A stretch of DNA of 64,000 bases. It comes from Candidatus Poribacteria bacterium. GTDB taxonomy: Bacteria; Poribacteria; WGA-4E; PCPOR2b. This document shows, in pieces, positions 9,550-19,798 of this stretch. How positions within the stretch are numbered: position 1 is the stretch's first letter; every line of letters begins with the position of its first letter. The position numbers and the translations under genes were made by a program. The stretch spans positions 3,680,001 through 3,744,000 of the forward strand of contig OZ244587.1 of the NCBI GenBank assembly GCA_965218095.1, read 5' to 3'. The notes under the pieces are model-generated. The model was not told the origin of the DNA, searched no databases, and saw nothing but the letters and a program-made list of their open reading frames with translations.

Positions 9550-10620
9550 TCAAGGAACGTCGACCTCAATTCGGCGGCCACTACGGTTGGATTCCAGGGC
9601 TGCATCAATAATGCGGGCAACCTGCAAAGCATCGCAGCCGGATGCAGGCGAGGAGCCCCTGCCTTGAGCGGCGCGAATAAAATCACGGATGAAATGTTCG
9701 CCAGAGACGCCACCATAGGCGAGAGATTCACCCAGGGTATAGTCGAATTCGCGCTGGGGAGCGCCTGCCCAGGTATCATGGGTCGTTTCAACGTTCAGAT
9801 GCGTAGCGGTTCCTGGCGAAGACCAGTAAATCCGACCGTCCTGGCCGTTGATACCGACATAAGTGTCATAACTGGGTTGATTAGGGTATTTTTCTCCGCT
9901 GAACGCCAACGTATACCCCACATGCAGAGAGCCAATAGCCCCAGACCGAAGGCGCAGAGAGAAGGTCGCAATATCTTCTACGTCAATATCCTCACCACTG
10001 CGTGTTGCAACTTCAGCTAAGACCGAAACAATCTCATCGTGAGTGATGTAGCGCATCATATCGATATAATGACAGCCCAACCAGGCAAGGATTCCGCTCC
10101 CAGCATATTCGTGACGAAATAACCAACCTCTGGGGTTGCGAAACTTCACCTGCGTGGTCAGCATCCGCATCTCGACCGACATCAGTGGCCCTAGCAACCC
10201 TTGACCCACAAGATCGCGCACCCCACGAATCAAAGGGTTGTACCGGTTTTGATAGCAAACGCCTAATTGCGTACCCATACGTTCTGCAGTTTCGACCACA
10301 CGCTGTACATCTGGAGCGGTCCTGCCAATCGGTTTCTCAGCCATCAGGTGTTTGCCTGATTCCAGCACCCGCGCAAAAATATCTGGCTTCAAGTCAGTCC
10401 GCAGAGTCGCAATCACGAAGAAAATATCGTCCCGTGCTAGAATTTCATCCAGATTCGTGGTCATACCTTCAATCTTTTGTACCTCGGATTGCTGGGCAGC
10501 AGCCAGGGCTGTTTCGTTCTCGCCCCAGATGACAATACTTTCTACTTCCGGCAATTCCTGTAATGTTCCCAGATGTCCGTCAAAATGAGGATTCCCGGTG
10601 CCTAGCAAAGCTGCTTTCAT
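9550..10620 (-). CDS. Gfo/Idh/MocA family oxidoreductase
   Basis: GKHLMAEKP, GCHYID. Confidence 0.88.
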   Translation of the reverse strand: MKAALLGTGNPHFDGHLGTLQELPEVESIVIWGENETALAAAQQSEVQKIEGMTTNLDEILARDDIFFVIATLRTDLKPDIFARVLESGKHLMAEKPIGRTAPDVQRVVETAERMGTQLGVCYQNRYNPLIRGVRDLVGQGLLGPLMSVEMRMLTTQVKFRNPRGWLFRHEYAGSGILAWLGCHYIDMMRYITHDEIVSVLAEVATRSGEDIDVEDIATFSLRLRSGAIGSLHVGYTLAFSGEKYPNQPSYDTYVGINGQDGRIYWSSPGTATHLNVETTHDTWAGAPQREFDYTLGESLAYGGVSGEHFIRDFIRAAQGRGSSPASGCDALQVARIIDAALESNRSGRRIEVDVP

Positions 10621-10980
10621 TTCTGCTTCCCTTCCATTCTTCCAATTTTTGTATTAGGTTCTGTTGACATTTCAAGGGAGCCATATAAGAGTGGAGACAA
10701 AGCTGAGAAATCCAAAATAACGGACAGCTAGCTTCTCAAACCGAGAGAAGATACGACGATACCATTTTATCTTGTTAATGAAACATTCAACCCGATGTCT
10801 CTCTTTGTATTAAGTGTTTGTCATACGTTCTTTGGTCAACACGATGACTTTTTGGCGGTATCACCGCAATCGCTCCATTCGCCTCAATAACCGCGATAAA
10901 AGCGTCCGAATCGTACCCCTTGTCTCCAATCACATATTCACTGTTATATCCGATTATCAACCCTTCCGCCTCAGTTATGT

Positions 10981-12089
10981 GAGGGGTGTGCATAGTAGTT
11001 CATTGGAAAACAGCCGCCATATGAGAGATATTGCGAGCAGGTAACTTCCATATGGCATTGGCAATCATAGCCACTTGCACTGATAACACCCCGATAGCTA
11101 AACAACAGCGTACATTGAAAAACCCCTTGACCGGTAACTGCTTCTGTTGAGGAGTGGTGCCTATCACTTTAGCAATCAAGTCAAACAACGGTTCAACCGA
11201 ACTGCGACGTTTGCTTAAACAGAGACGCTGCTTGGGTTGGTTGATAAATCGATGATACGCCTTGGCAAACCGTCCCTTTGTCCATCTAAGTGCCGGGGTA
11301 ATCAAAGCGACTTGTGCCTTCGCCCAACGACGGATACGGTCTGCTTGGGTATAGGCATCATCGGCAGTGAGTGTCTGCGGTGAAAGTTGTGTCAGAATCT
11401 CAGACGCTTTAGCATCTATCGCCCAACTTTCGGAGACCGACGCACGGTGCACAGTTATCAGTGTTGGGAACGCACCTTGTGTGCAGATAATGTGAAGTCC
11501 GTAGCCATAGACCCAGCCATGATAACCACTCTTGCTCCACGTGGCATCGGTGTCGAGGTTGCGTAGATGTTTAGGTACTTTTCCTGCTTTGCGGTCAGTT
11601 TGATGCCAGACGGGTCCTCGTGCCTTAAATAAACTTTTGTCGGCTACCAGATGAGCCAAGTTGAATTGTTGGGACAAGTCAGTGGCATACTGACCGATAA
11701 ACAATACAAATGCCTCTATCACTTCATATAATGCCTTATAGCGACGTGCAATCGTGGTTCGATGAGGGGGCTGTTGCCACCCCAGCATTTGTAACACTTC
11801 TGGGTGATTGATTAGCCACCGCCATTGCGTTTTGAAGCCATAGATGCCGTGAAACTGCATCAACATGAAGAAAATGATAAACGAGGTGGTTGAATATGTC
11901 AATGGTTTTGCGTGTGTGACACCTGGTTTGTCAATACGGTGTTGCATAAACTGCTCAAAGAGTTGCATAATAAGAGTGACATAATCAGCCAACATTGGTC
12001 TTTGTACCATATTGGGGCTCCTTTTGCTATGATAACAATAGGAAACCCTTTTGGCTTGATTATGTCAACTATATTTATGCACACCCCTC
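10981..12089 (-). mobile_element. IS element A, copy 2 (nested in IS5)
   Basis: Same IRs and length as 3172-4280; direct repeat AGTTATGT at 10973-10980 and 12090-12097. Confidence 0.95.
11000..12010 (-). CDS. DDE transposase of IS element A (copy 2)
   Basis: Translation identical to 3191-4201. Confidence 0.9.
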   Translation of the reverse strand: MVQRPMLADYVTLIMQLFEQFMQHRIDKPGVTHAKPLTYSTTSFIIFFMLMQFHGIYGFKTQWRWLINHPEVLQMLGWQQPPHRTTIARRYKALYEVIEAFVLFIGQYATDLSQQFNLAHLVADKSLFKARGPVWHQTDRKAGKVPKHLRNLDTDATWSKSGYHGWVYGYGLHIICTQGAFPTLITVHRASVSESWAIDAKASEILTQLSPQTLTADDAYTQADRIRRWAKAQVALITPALRWTKGRFAKAYHRFINQPKQRLCLSKRRSSVEPLFDLIAKVIGTTPQQKQLPVKGFFNVRCCLAIGVLSVQVAMIANAIWKLPARNISHMAAVFQ

Positions 12090-12859
12090 AGTTATGTCAT
12101 GTCTCTGACCGGGGGTCAGATGAATTCTTAGGGGATTGCCTAGTCCGTCAACGGTGATGTGATTTTTTGTACTGAAACCGCCCCGAGACCGACCTAATGC
12201 TTGGTTTTCAGTGCCACCCTTTTTTTTAAGGCACCCGCCGCAGACGGGTGAGCGCGGCAGATGGTACTGTCCACAATAAGCGACTCGATATCGGGGTCAG
12301 AGGCAAAGTGGGGGTGCATCTGTGTGAAGATACCTTTGTCGCACCATCGAGCAAACCGCTTGTAGCGGGTGTTCCATTTGCCATAGGTGTCTGGTAGAAG
12401 TCTCCATTGAGCCCCACTACGAGTCACCCACAGAACCGCTTCGACGAAGCGGCGTGTAGCAGCTTCGTCGCCAACATAGATGGTGGGACAGCTTAGAAGA
12501 AACCGGTATATCTTATTCCATTGTTCATCAGGTAAGGTTATTGGCGTCATTCTTCTATTATGCCACAACCTTATACTCAAATGTCAACAGAACCTAGTTA
12601 GTCAACATGATCGACACACACGCCGCTCGGCGTGGATTGGCAAATCTACGCTACAACCGATGGATTTGGCAATCCATCGCGAGCGGTGGGTGTCTACTAT
12701 CTTTTTGACCACTACTACACATTCTTCCAATTTTTCGCACTTTTCGCAAAAACTATAGTGGTCACCAAGATGGGGAATCTCCTACGTCCCTTTCACGCTC
12801 CCTTAGATCAGAACAGCAAAGGCTGAGGCTTGATGGGAAAAATCAAGCCCAATCCAATA

Positions 12860-14008
12860 TCAGACCGGATATCTAATCTCCAACTTCTTAAATTCATCCT
12901 TGAGCTCGAAGGCTTTGCCCTCTTCCTGAATGCGCTCGCGGTCGAAGTTGTTCGCCGCTTCAACGAAGAAGTTGGTTACGACATCTTTGGCTTTGTAGTG
13001 TTTTTGGATTTGACCCAACCCATACACCGCGTCAATGTAAGCCTGCCATGACTCCAAATCGCTGTAGCCATAGCCCTTCCCGACGCGATCTCCGTCAAAA
13101 TAGATTGTGCCTAACTCAAGCATGGAATCCAGAGCCAGTTGAGGAGTCATCTGCTCCCGGAGCGCGGGAAATTGGGAATAGGTAATCTGGGCAGCCGCAC
13201 GGGGATTCGCTCGTGTGAATTCAAAAGCCATGCAGTTTGCCTTGAAGAAGCGTTTCCAGATGTCGATACGAGCTTCGTCTTGCAAGTCTTCACGCCGAAT
13301 GGCGTATCCGTTGGAGGGATGATTTGAGAAATCCTTCCCCACAAGGAACTTCAGTTTTAAGCCCAAAGCCAGCCATTGTGCTGCCAGACCACGCCATGCC
13401 AATCCGGCATCCGCCCGTCCTAGCGCGACCGCCTGTCCCCACTGGGGCCCCGCGTTAAGATAGGTGACGCGTTCCGGATCGATTCCTGCTTCGACCAGGA
13501 TGGGGTCTACAATGACACGCCACCCTTCGGAACCCAGCGCGATGGTCTTTCCCTCCAAATCCTGGACACTGGTGATTGGACTATCTACGGGCAAGGCGAA
13601 GTCAAAGACTTGCTTCATTACCATCTCCCAGACCAAAATGACCGGGATACCGGCATCAATACTCGACAGCAAGACCCCTGGCGATGGAAAGCCTATATCT
13701 GCCTGCTTTTCACCCACTAGCTTCGTCACTGCGAGAGCCTCCGTTGGACCGGGCTGTAGCTCGACCTCCAGGTTCACCTCCTTGAAATGCCCCATTTTTT
13801 CAGCCACCCAGAGATTGAAATCGTCCATGACTTCCAGGGTCCCTCGGGGCGATACCCAGATTACCTTGTCTGATCCTGCTGCCCGAAGTGGGGTTGCAGA
13901 CATACAAAGAGACGTGCCAAGGGCTGCTGTATACCCAAGGAATTGACGACGGGTCAACGGTCGCTTGATAAACGCGGTGTTCCGTTTTTTCAGTTTCTGA
14001 GCCTCCAT
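12860..14008 (-). CDS. ABC transporter substrate-binding protein, NMT1/THI5/SsuA-like, Tat signal
   Basis: TRRQFL twin-arginine motif; SPITSVQDLEGKTI; adjacent permease and ATPase. Confidence 0.85.
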   Translation of the reverse strand: MEAQKLKKRNTAFIKRPLTRRQFLGYTAALGTSLCMSATPLRAAGSDKVIWVSPRGTLEVMDDFNLWVAEKMGHFKEVNLEVELQPGPTEALAVTKLVGEKQADIGFPSPGVLLSSIDAGIPVILVWEMVMKQVFDFALPVDSPITSVQDLEGKTIALGSEGWRVIVDPILVEAGIDPERVTYLNAGPQWGQAVALGRADAGLAWRGLAAQWLALGLKLKFLVGKDFSNHPSNGYAIRREDLQDEARIDIWKRFFKANCMAFEFTRANPRAAAQITYSQFPALREQMTPQLALDSMLELGTIYFDGDRVGKGYGYSDLESWQAYIDAVYGLGQIQKHYKAKDVVTNFFVEAANNFDRERIQEEGKAFELKDEFKKLEIRYPV

Positions 14009-14026
14009 TTACAACCTCCTCTCGTG

Positions 14027-14200
14027 ATGTGTGCTATCACTAAATGCGTGAGAAAATCCGTTCCATTTGGCGTATCGAGAAGACGACCCGGGATTTGAGT
14101 TCAAAGGTCAAGAGTTCAATGAACCCATGAACTTCTGAACTTTTACGAGGTGAATTTTCCAGTTCCGATGCGGGTTCTTTGGGAATGTGATAGTACACAT
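14027..14200. mobile_element. MITE-like element with GTGCTATCAC ends containing GAGTTCA-type repeats
   Basis: atgtgtgctatcac ... gtgatagtacacat (13/14 IR); internal gagttcaaaggtcaagagttcaa...tgaacttctgaact. Confidence 0.65.
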
Positions 14201-14225
14201 CCCAATATACAATCTTCAATCTTAT

Positions 14226-15044
14226 TCACGCTTCCCAATTCGCCCACTTTTTCCCCACGAGGAAAAAAATGACGTACAGGCTAATGCCGATAACGGCAAT
14301 GATGATGATCACGGCAAAGAAGTTTGCCATGCGGGCTAAAGACGAATAGTAAACGAGACGGTTGCCTAAGCCGGAACCACCCCCGACCATCTCTGCCCCG
14401 ATCGCCGTCAATAAGCCAAAAATTCCGCCCACCATAAGCCCCACGATGATCATAGGGAGCGCCAGCGGAAAGCGGACTTTGTAGAAAATTTGGAGGGTTG
14501 TTGCGCCATAGGATTGTGCCAGTGCAATTTTTGGCCTGTCTGTCCGCCGGAAGCCTGTGGCGGAATTTATCATCACCATCGGACCGACAGCCAGAGCGAC
14601 AGCGATGACGCGGGGAGTTTGCCCAAACCCGAACTTTAAGATTAGTAGGGGAACCAGCGCCAGCATCGGTGTCGTCACCAGTATAAGAATATAGGGTGTC
14701 ACAATCTTCTCCACAAGCGGGAATTGGGTAATAACCGCTGCCAGCAGGATGCCGATGATCGCACCGATGGCATAGCCGACTCCCAGTTCCTGTAAAGTCA
14801 CCCACAGATGAGGCGCCAGCAATGGGAAGGTCCGAACCAGCGCCCCAAAAATCTCGCTCGGTGGGGGAAAAACGTAGGAAGGAATGTGGAAAGCCCGCAC
14901 CCCGAGCTCAACAGCGGTGATAACGAGAACAGCTAAACCGATAATAATGACTATCTGCGTACCGGCAAAGTTCACTGAGGTCAAGGCTGACCAGTCAATG
15001 GAGCGATTCTCATCTGGTTTTTCATGACGGGGCTGTTCGACCAT
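14226..15044 (-). CDS. ABC transporter permease, SsuC/TauC type
   Basis: FPPPSEI, AQSYGAT, IGAEM...GLG; start refined to 15044. Confidence 0.9.
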   Translation of the reverse strand: MVEQPRHEKPDENRSIDWSALTSVNFAGTQIVIIIGLAVLVITAVELGVRAFHIPSYVFPPPSEIFGALVRTFPLLAPHLWVTLQELGVGYAIGAIIGILLAAVITQFPLVEKIVTPYILILVTTPMLALVPLLILKFGFGQTPRVIAVALAVGPMVMINSATGFRRTDRPKIALAQSYGATTLQIFYKVRFPLALPMIIVGLMVGGIFGLLTAIGAEMVGGGSGLGNRLVYYSSLARMANFFAVIIIIAVIGISLYVIFFLVGKKWANWEA

Positions 15045-15831
15045 CCAACCCTCCTGCTCCCCTCTGAACATCTTGGTAAATGGTCTGCTTAATCTCACCG
15101 ACGAGATCAAAAAAGTGGCGTTCTGTGGTAATGGACAACGTCCGTGGGCGCGGCAGATCGATATTGTAAATCTGTGAGTTACGCCCCGGCCGATGCGTCA
15201 TAACAAATACTCGGTCCGATAGATACACCGCTTCAGGAATCTGATGAGTCACAAAGACAATCGTCTTGCGGGACTTCTCCCAGATTTCCAGGAGCATTAG
15301 GTTCATCTCATCGCGGGTAAAGGCATCGAGCGCCCCAAAAGGCTCATCCATGAGCAGCACTTTCGGGTCATAAGCCAGCGCCCGGACGATAGAAGCGCGC
15401 TGTTGCATGCCGCCGGACAGCTCTCGAGGGTGGTGACGTTCAAACCCCCGCAGGGCGGTCAATCCGAGTAATTCGTCAATGCGAGCTCGATACCGTTTGG
15501 GGTCTTCACCCATGATTTCAAACGGAAAGTGAATGTTTTGCAACAGATTCCGCCAGGGTAACAGATTGGCTTCCTGGAACACCATGCCGACCTCTCGCCG
15601 AGGTGCCTGAACTTCCCGTCCGTAAATGGTAATGCCCCCTGAAGTCAGGGGCCAGAGGGCAGCCATCGCCCATAGCATCGTGCTTTTGCCACAGCCACTG
15701 GGTCCAACGATAGTTACGAATTGCCCTTCATCAACCGTCATGTTGAACCCATCCAGGGCATGCACTGCCCCTCGCGCGCCGTTGAAAGTTTTTGCTGCCT
15801 TCTCAACTACAATGACAGGTTGGTTGCTCAT
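15022..15831 (-). CDS. ABC transporter ATP-binding protein, SsuB/TauB type
   Basis: GPSGCGKST, LSGGMQQR, LMDEPFGALD. Confidence 0.93.
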   Translation of the reverse strand: MSNQPVIVVEKAAKTFNGARGAVHALDGFNMTVDEGQFVTIVGPSGCGKSTMLWAMAALWPLTSGGITIYGREVQAPRREVGMVFQEANLLPWRNLLQNIHFPFEIMGEDPKRYRARIDELLGLTALRGFERHHPRELSGGMQQRASIVRALAYDPKVLLMDEPFGALDAFTRDEMNLMLLEIWEKSRKTIVFVTHQIPEAVYLSDRVFVMTHRPGRNSQIYNIDLPRPRTLSITTERHFFDLVGEIKQTIYQDVQRGAGGLDGRTAPS

Positions 15832-15918
15832 GAGGCTTTATTCTAGGCTATAAAATGATCTTCACAGGTCAAATTGTCTAAAATCGCAATGTGGTGATGT
15901 CCCGTTCGCAGGGCGGCG

Positions 15919-16290
15919 TCAGAGTTCAAGCGGTTCGGGCGTACGGAGGATGAACGTCTTCTTGACGTATTTTGGGACATGCCACGTCGTTTTCAGTCCG
16001 AACGGCAGGTGGACAAAATCACTAGCCCGCAGGGTGTACCGTTGACCTCCTTCTTCCGCAATGGTCACTTCGCCCTCAAGTACCACCACAAACTCGTCCC
16101 ATATGTAGTCCCAACTGAACTTGCCCGCCGTACAATCCCAAACACCCTGCGTTACCTTGAGGTCGGACGATTGGGCGGCGATCCAGATTCTGGCAGCGGG
16201 TTCGCCCTCCAGAATCTGCTCGCTGGGAATTGGGAAATCAGCAAGCTGGACTGACGATCCCTCGTTCACTTTGGCTGATAGTATATTCAT
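15919..16290 (-). CDS. Cupin domain protein (DUF861/EutQ-like)
   Basis: GVWDCTAGKF...DEFVVVLEGEVTI; ATG at 16290 after AAAGGA. Confidence 0.85.
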   Translation of the reverse strand: MNILSAKVNEGSSVQLADFPIPSEQILEGEPAARIWIAAQSSDLKVTQGVWDCTAGKFSWDYIWDEFVVVLEGEVTIAEEGGQRYTLRASDFVHLPFGLKTTWHVPKYVKKTFILRTPEPLEL

Positions 16291-16317
16291 TATTGATTCC
16301 TTTCTCTGTTTTCTCCT

Positions 16318-16426
16318 GTCCCGGCCAGGTCCACGGCTCTGGTGAACCTCCGGAACTTCGCTAGAAGATTTCCGGTCGATGATGTCACTCCGCTGTCGAT
16401 CGTCGCTGGTAAGACGATCTCGGGGC
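16318..16426 (-). promoter_or_regulatory. Candidate structured 5' leader (riboswitch-like multi-stem junction)
   Basis: Three hairpins closed by a short stem, between a TTGCAT-17-TAGACT promoter-like site and the cupin RBS. Confidence 0.45.
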
Positions 16427-17021
16427 TTATGTTTCAATCACGGATTGTCAATTTTAATAGTCTAGCATAACTGAGATAAAGATGCAACTGAGAATCTTTG
16501 TAAATTTCTGTCGAATTATAGGAATTTTTGTCGTATAATTATATAGTGAACTCATAATGATGCCATCGCCCCTTTTTTAACGACGGTATTTGACCTATCC
16601 CCATCAAGTCGTGAGGTGTCGAATTGGTCTGTGTCGAGCAGATGTATCACCGACGCCTAAAAAAGTTGTTGATAGAATCCATTTTTTGACCATTGACTCT
16701 ACCAGTTGTAGACTTCGATCCGTGGAGTTGATTGCGTCGTGTTCTAAGTTGATTCAATTGAATGCGAGTATGCAAAACATAGAGGATATAGTTGAATATC
16801 TTGTAGAAGGAGAGTTTTGGCTTTGGGCCTTTTGCTCGTTAAATATGGCAAGATATAGCGGTTAAAATCCTTACGGGAAACCTGCTTGGGAATAATGTTG
16901 TATCTCGGTTACTTTTGATCTTCGTGTTCCATATAAGAAGCCTCCTCAAGAATGGAAGCACTAGCGAGTGATCGTATGTTAAGCTCCCCAAAAAGATTCA
17001 AACGTATTCCAGGAGAACCCA

Positions 17022-18022
17022 GTGGCTAACCCAGTTTTTCGGATTGTCCTGATCGGTACCGATTTCAGAGGAAGCGACAAAATCCTCCCTCACGTGAGGC
17101 GAAAGATCCAGAAGCACGGCGGAGAGTTGGTCGTAATCGACAATGCGACGACTGAAGCGGAAGTCATCGCGGCGAGCCGTGACGCCGACGGATTGCTCTA
17201 CAGGTGTGGTGTGCTGCCCAGCCGACGCATCCTTGAGGCGCTGCCCAGGTGCAAGATCATTGCGAGCATACGTGTCGGTTTCCCCGCCGATTGTGACACC
17301 GCGACGGACAACGGCATCATCATCACCAATGTACCGGACGTGTCTACCAACACCGTCGCCGATCATGCGATGGCACATCTGTTGGCGAGCCATCGCGGGT
17401 TGGTCATGCTCGACAGAAAGCTGCGCAACGGCGTCCCATGGAAAGCGGCGAAGGGATACGAGTACACCTTGCCTCAATTGAGCAAGACCACGCTGGGGCT
17501 GATTGGGTTTGGCAGAATTGGACAGTCCGTCGCAAAACGAGCCAAAGCGTTTGGGATGAAAGTCATCGCTTATTCGCGCAGCCTTGATGCGGCATCAGTC
17601 GCTAAACACGGCGTCGAAACGGTGGGGATGGATGATCTGTTGCGGCACAGCGATATCGTGTCATTCCGTTGACGGATGAGACGCGCGGTCTCATCGGGGA
17701 GCGCGAATTCAAACTGATGAAGCCAACCGTTATCTTGATTAACACAACACGCGGGGACGTAGTAGACCGAGAGGCGTTACTTCATGCGCTTCGTGAAAAA
17801 TGGATTCTCGCGGGGTCGTTTGATGCGCCGCCAGGCGAGCCCCTGGATCCCGATGACTTTCTGTTGTCAATGGACAACGTGATCGTGTCGCCCCACTCCG
17901 GGGGTGGCTTTGATCGATTGCAGTTCGACTCTATGCACAGTGCGCTCACCGGTGTCCTAGAGGTCATGCGGGGGCGGTTGCCACGAATTGAATCCGTCAT
18001 GAATCCCGAGGTGTTAGATTAA
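17022..18022 (+). pseudogene. D-isomer-specific 2-hydroxyacid dehydrogenase, frameshifted near 17665
   Basis: GLIGFGRIG in the first ORF; the usual SLHxPLTDETR motif is split between two frames. Confidence 0.85.
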
Positions 18023-18067
18023 CCCGTGAAATTTCTATGCGTGGTTTGAATTTAGAATTGGTATAGC

Positions 18068-18926
18068 ATGCCTAAAATCCGATTGAATTTCTTCGTGAGC
18101 CTTTGGAACTATCTATACCACAATGCCCCCAAAAGCCTTGACGCAATTTTGCGCGAGATTGCGACCAACGGTTTCGGCATCGAGCTCTGGCCCGCTATCT
18201 ACTCGTTTGCCCCCTACAGACCTGCATACCACCCGAGTTTTCCGAAAAAGGACAACTGGTCGGAGATGGATGATCTGTTCAAAGCGGAGCACAAGGAGTG
18301 GCTTCGGGACGCATTGGGCAGAATGCGTTCGTGTTGGCATAGCCGCGCTTTTGACGATGACCCTAAGTGTTATGCCGCGTTCGATGCCTACAAAGAGAAA
18401 ATCGATACCGTCGCCTACCTTGGCAGCGAAGCCATCTTGGTTCACTACATCGGCGAAGATCTGACAACTCAGGAGTTCACCGGCAGGCGCCCAGATTTTG
18501 TCCGAAGTGTCTTCGACTACGCCGAAAGCAGGGATGTGAAAATCGCTCTAGAAACCTGTGATTTTGTATCACTGAAGTAGGCAGTTGATGCGTTTGAAAA
18601 CTTAGGTGTCTGTCTGGACCCCGCCTGCATTCGAGACTGGTCTGCATACAGTTTGCAGGATTTTGTCGAAGCCACCAGAGATTGCATCTGTTCCTTCATC
18701 TTTATGACTCAAGGGAAGGTGAGAGCCACCTGACTCCGGGGACGGGGGACATTCCCAGGGAAAACTAGTTGTACATGCTTGAAGTCTTGGGTGCGGCGAA
18801 CTTTCAGGTCCCAGCGGTATTGGAGATTCGGCCTCCAAAGGAGAAGGCCGGACAGACACCCATCAAAGCAGCCATTGAAGCACGCGAGTTCTTCGATGGT
18901 TTGCAATGTTCAACGAAAAGAGATTG
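18068..18926 (+). pseudogene. Sugar-phosphate isomerase/epimerase (TIM-barrel) family, decayed
   Basis: IALET, TAG at 18578, in-frame GVCLDP, then a frameshift to LHLYD...HLTPGTGDI, a second TAG, and AVLEIRP. Confidence 0.75.
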
Positions 18927-19040
18927 AATATTGCCAAGATTGAAAATTGAATAACGAAAACAACAATTAAGCCCGCAATCTTTAGGCAAAAGTCAATCTT
19001 CAATAATCAATAGCCAATGAAACAAGGGAGGATTAGACCC

Positions 19041-19565
19041 ATGTGGAAAACCTTCAAAGTCAAAGTAGAACCGCTCACCCCCGAAGCCTTCGCGCCATTC
19101 GGGGAGGTGATCGAGTCGTTTGAGGAAGCCAAACCAGAGATAGCAAAAGGAGGGCTCAGGACGAATGCGTATACCGTAACCGCAGCCCTTTCCGATATGC
19201 CTTCGGATCCCGAGTCTCAGAAGACGCCGCTCTCCGAGGGGCTCCAGCGGGCGCACTTCGCCTTTCACACCGACGCGGGTCAGGCGTTCTATCCAAGCCG
19301 TCACTGTCCGACGGTGTTTTTGGTCGGGCCCGTTAAAGAGACCTTGGAGGCGGAAGACGTGCGTGCCTTCCATACGGATGGGAGCCTGGGCATCTGTTTG
19401 GGCCTCAAGGTCTGGCATACTATGCCCATCTGTGTGGAGGGTGTTGACGTCTACCAAACAGTCCGCGGCGATCAGGACTATCACGCCCACTCGGTCGAGG
19501 TCGATTTCGATCTAGAGCAGGGGTTGGCGATTGAACCGGATTTGGCGAATTTTAACCGTCAATGA
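19041..19565 (+). CDS. Ureidoglycolate lyase-like cupin
   Basis: EPLTPEAFAPFGEVI, H..AGQAF.P, VWHTMP. Confidence 0.75.
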   Translation: MWKTFKVKVEPLTPEAFAPFGEVIESFEEAKPEIAKGGLRTNAYTVTAALSDMPSDPESQKTPLSEGLQRAHFAFHTDAGQAFYPSRHCPTVFLVGPVKETLEAEDVRAFHTDGSLGICLGLKVWHTMPICVEGVDVYQTVRGDQDYHAHSVEVDFDLEQGLAIEPDLANFNRQ

Positions 19566-19607
19566 GGGGTAATCTCCATTGCGTTGACTCAGTTGAAGGA
19601 TGAAAAT

Positions 19608-19773
19608 TTGTAGTTAGGTCTCTAGCGTAGCGAGATCGCGTGTAGCGGGACGATTCATCACCGTCGAGACGCGCAATGACCCCTATGGATCGGGATGTAA
19701 GTTGCTCCCAATGAAGCATCGAGGACTAAGAAGTTTGAATCCCGCATAGCGGGGCAATTGCGCTACTACAAAC
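19608..19773. repeat. REP-like element with TTTGTAGT ... ACTACAAA ends
   Basis: Shares the gcgcaatga and attgcgctactacaaa segments with the element inside 38630-38748. Confidence 0.55.
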
Positions 19774-19798
19774 TAGGTGTAACTTTTACGGAGGCAAC

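Larger units (their letters stand above)
10657..12594 (-). mobile_element. IS5-family element (two-ORF, frameshift type), disrupted by IS A copy 2
   Basis: IRs GGTTCTGTTGACATTT / AAATGTCAACAGAACC with flanking TA; orfA SGAQWRLLPDTYGKW; A-rich slippery site near 12220; orfB GDKGYDSD. Confidence 0.92.
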
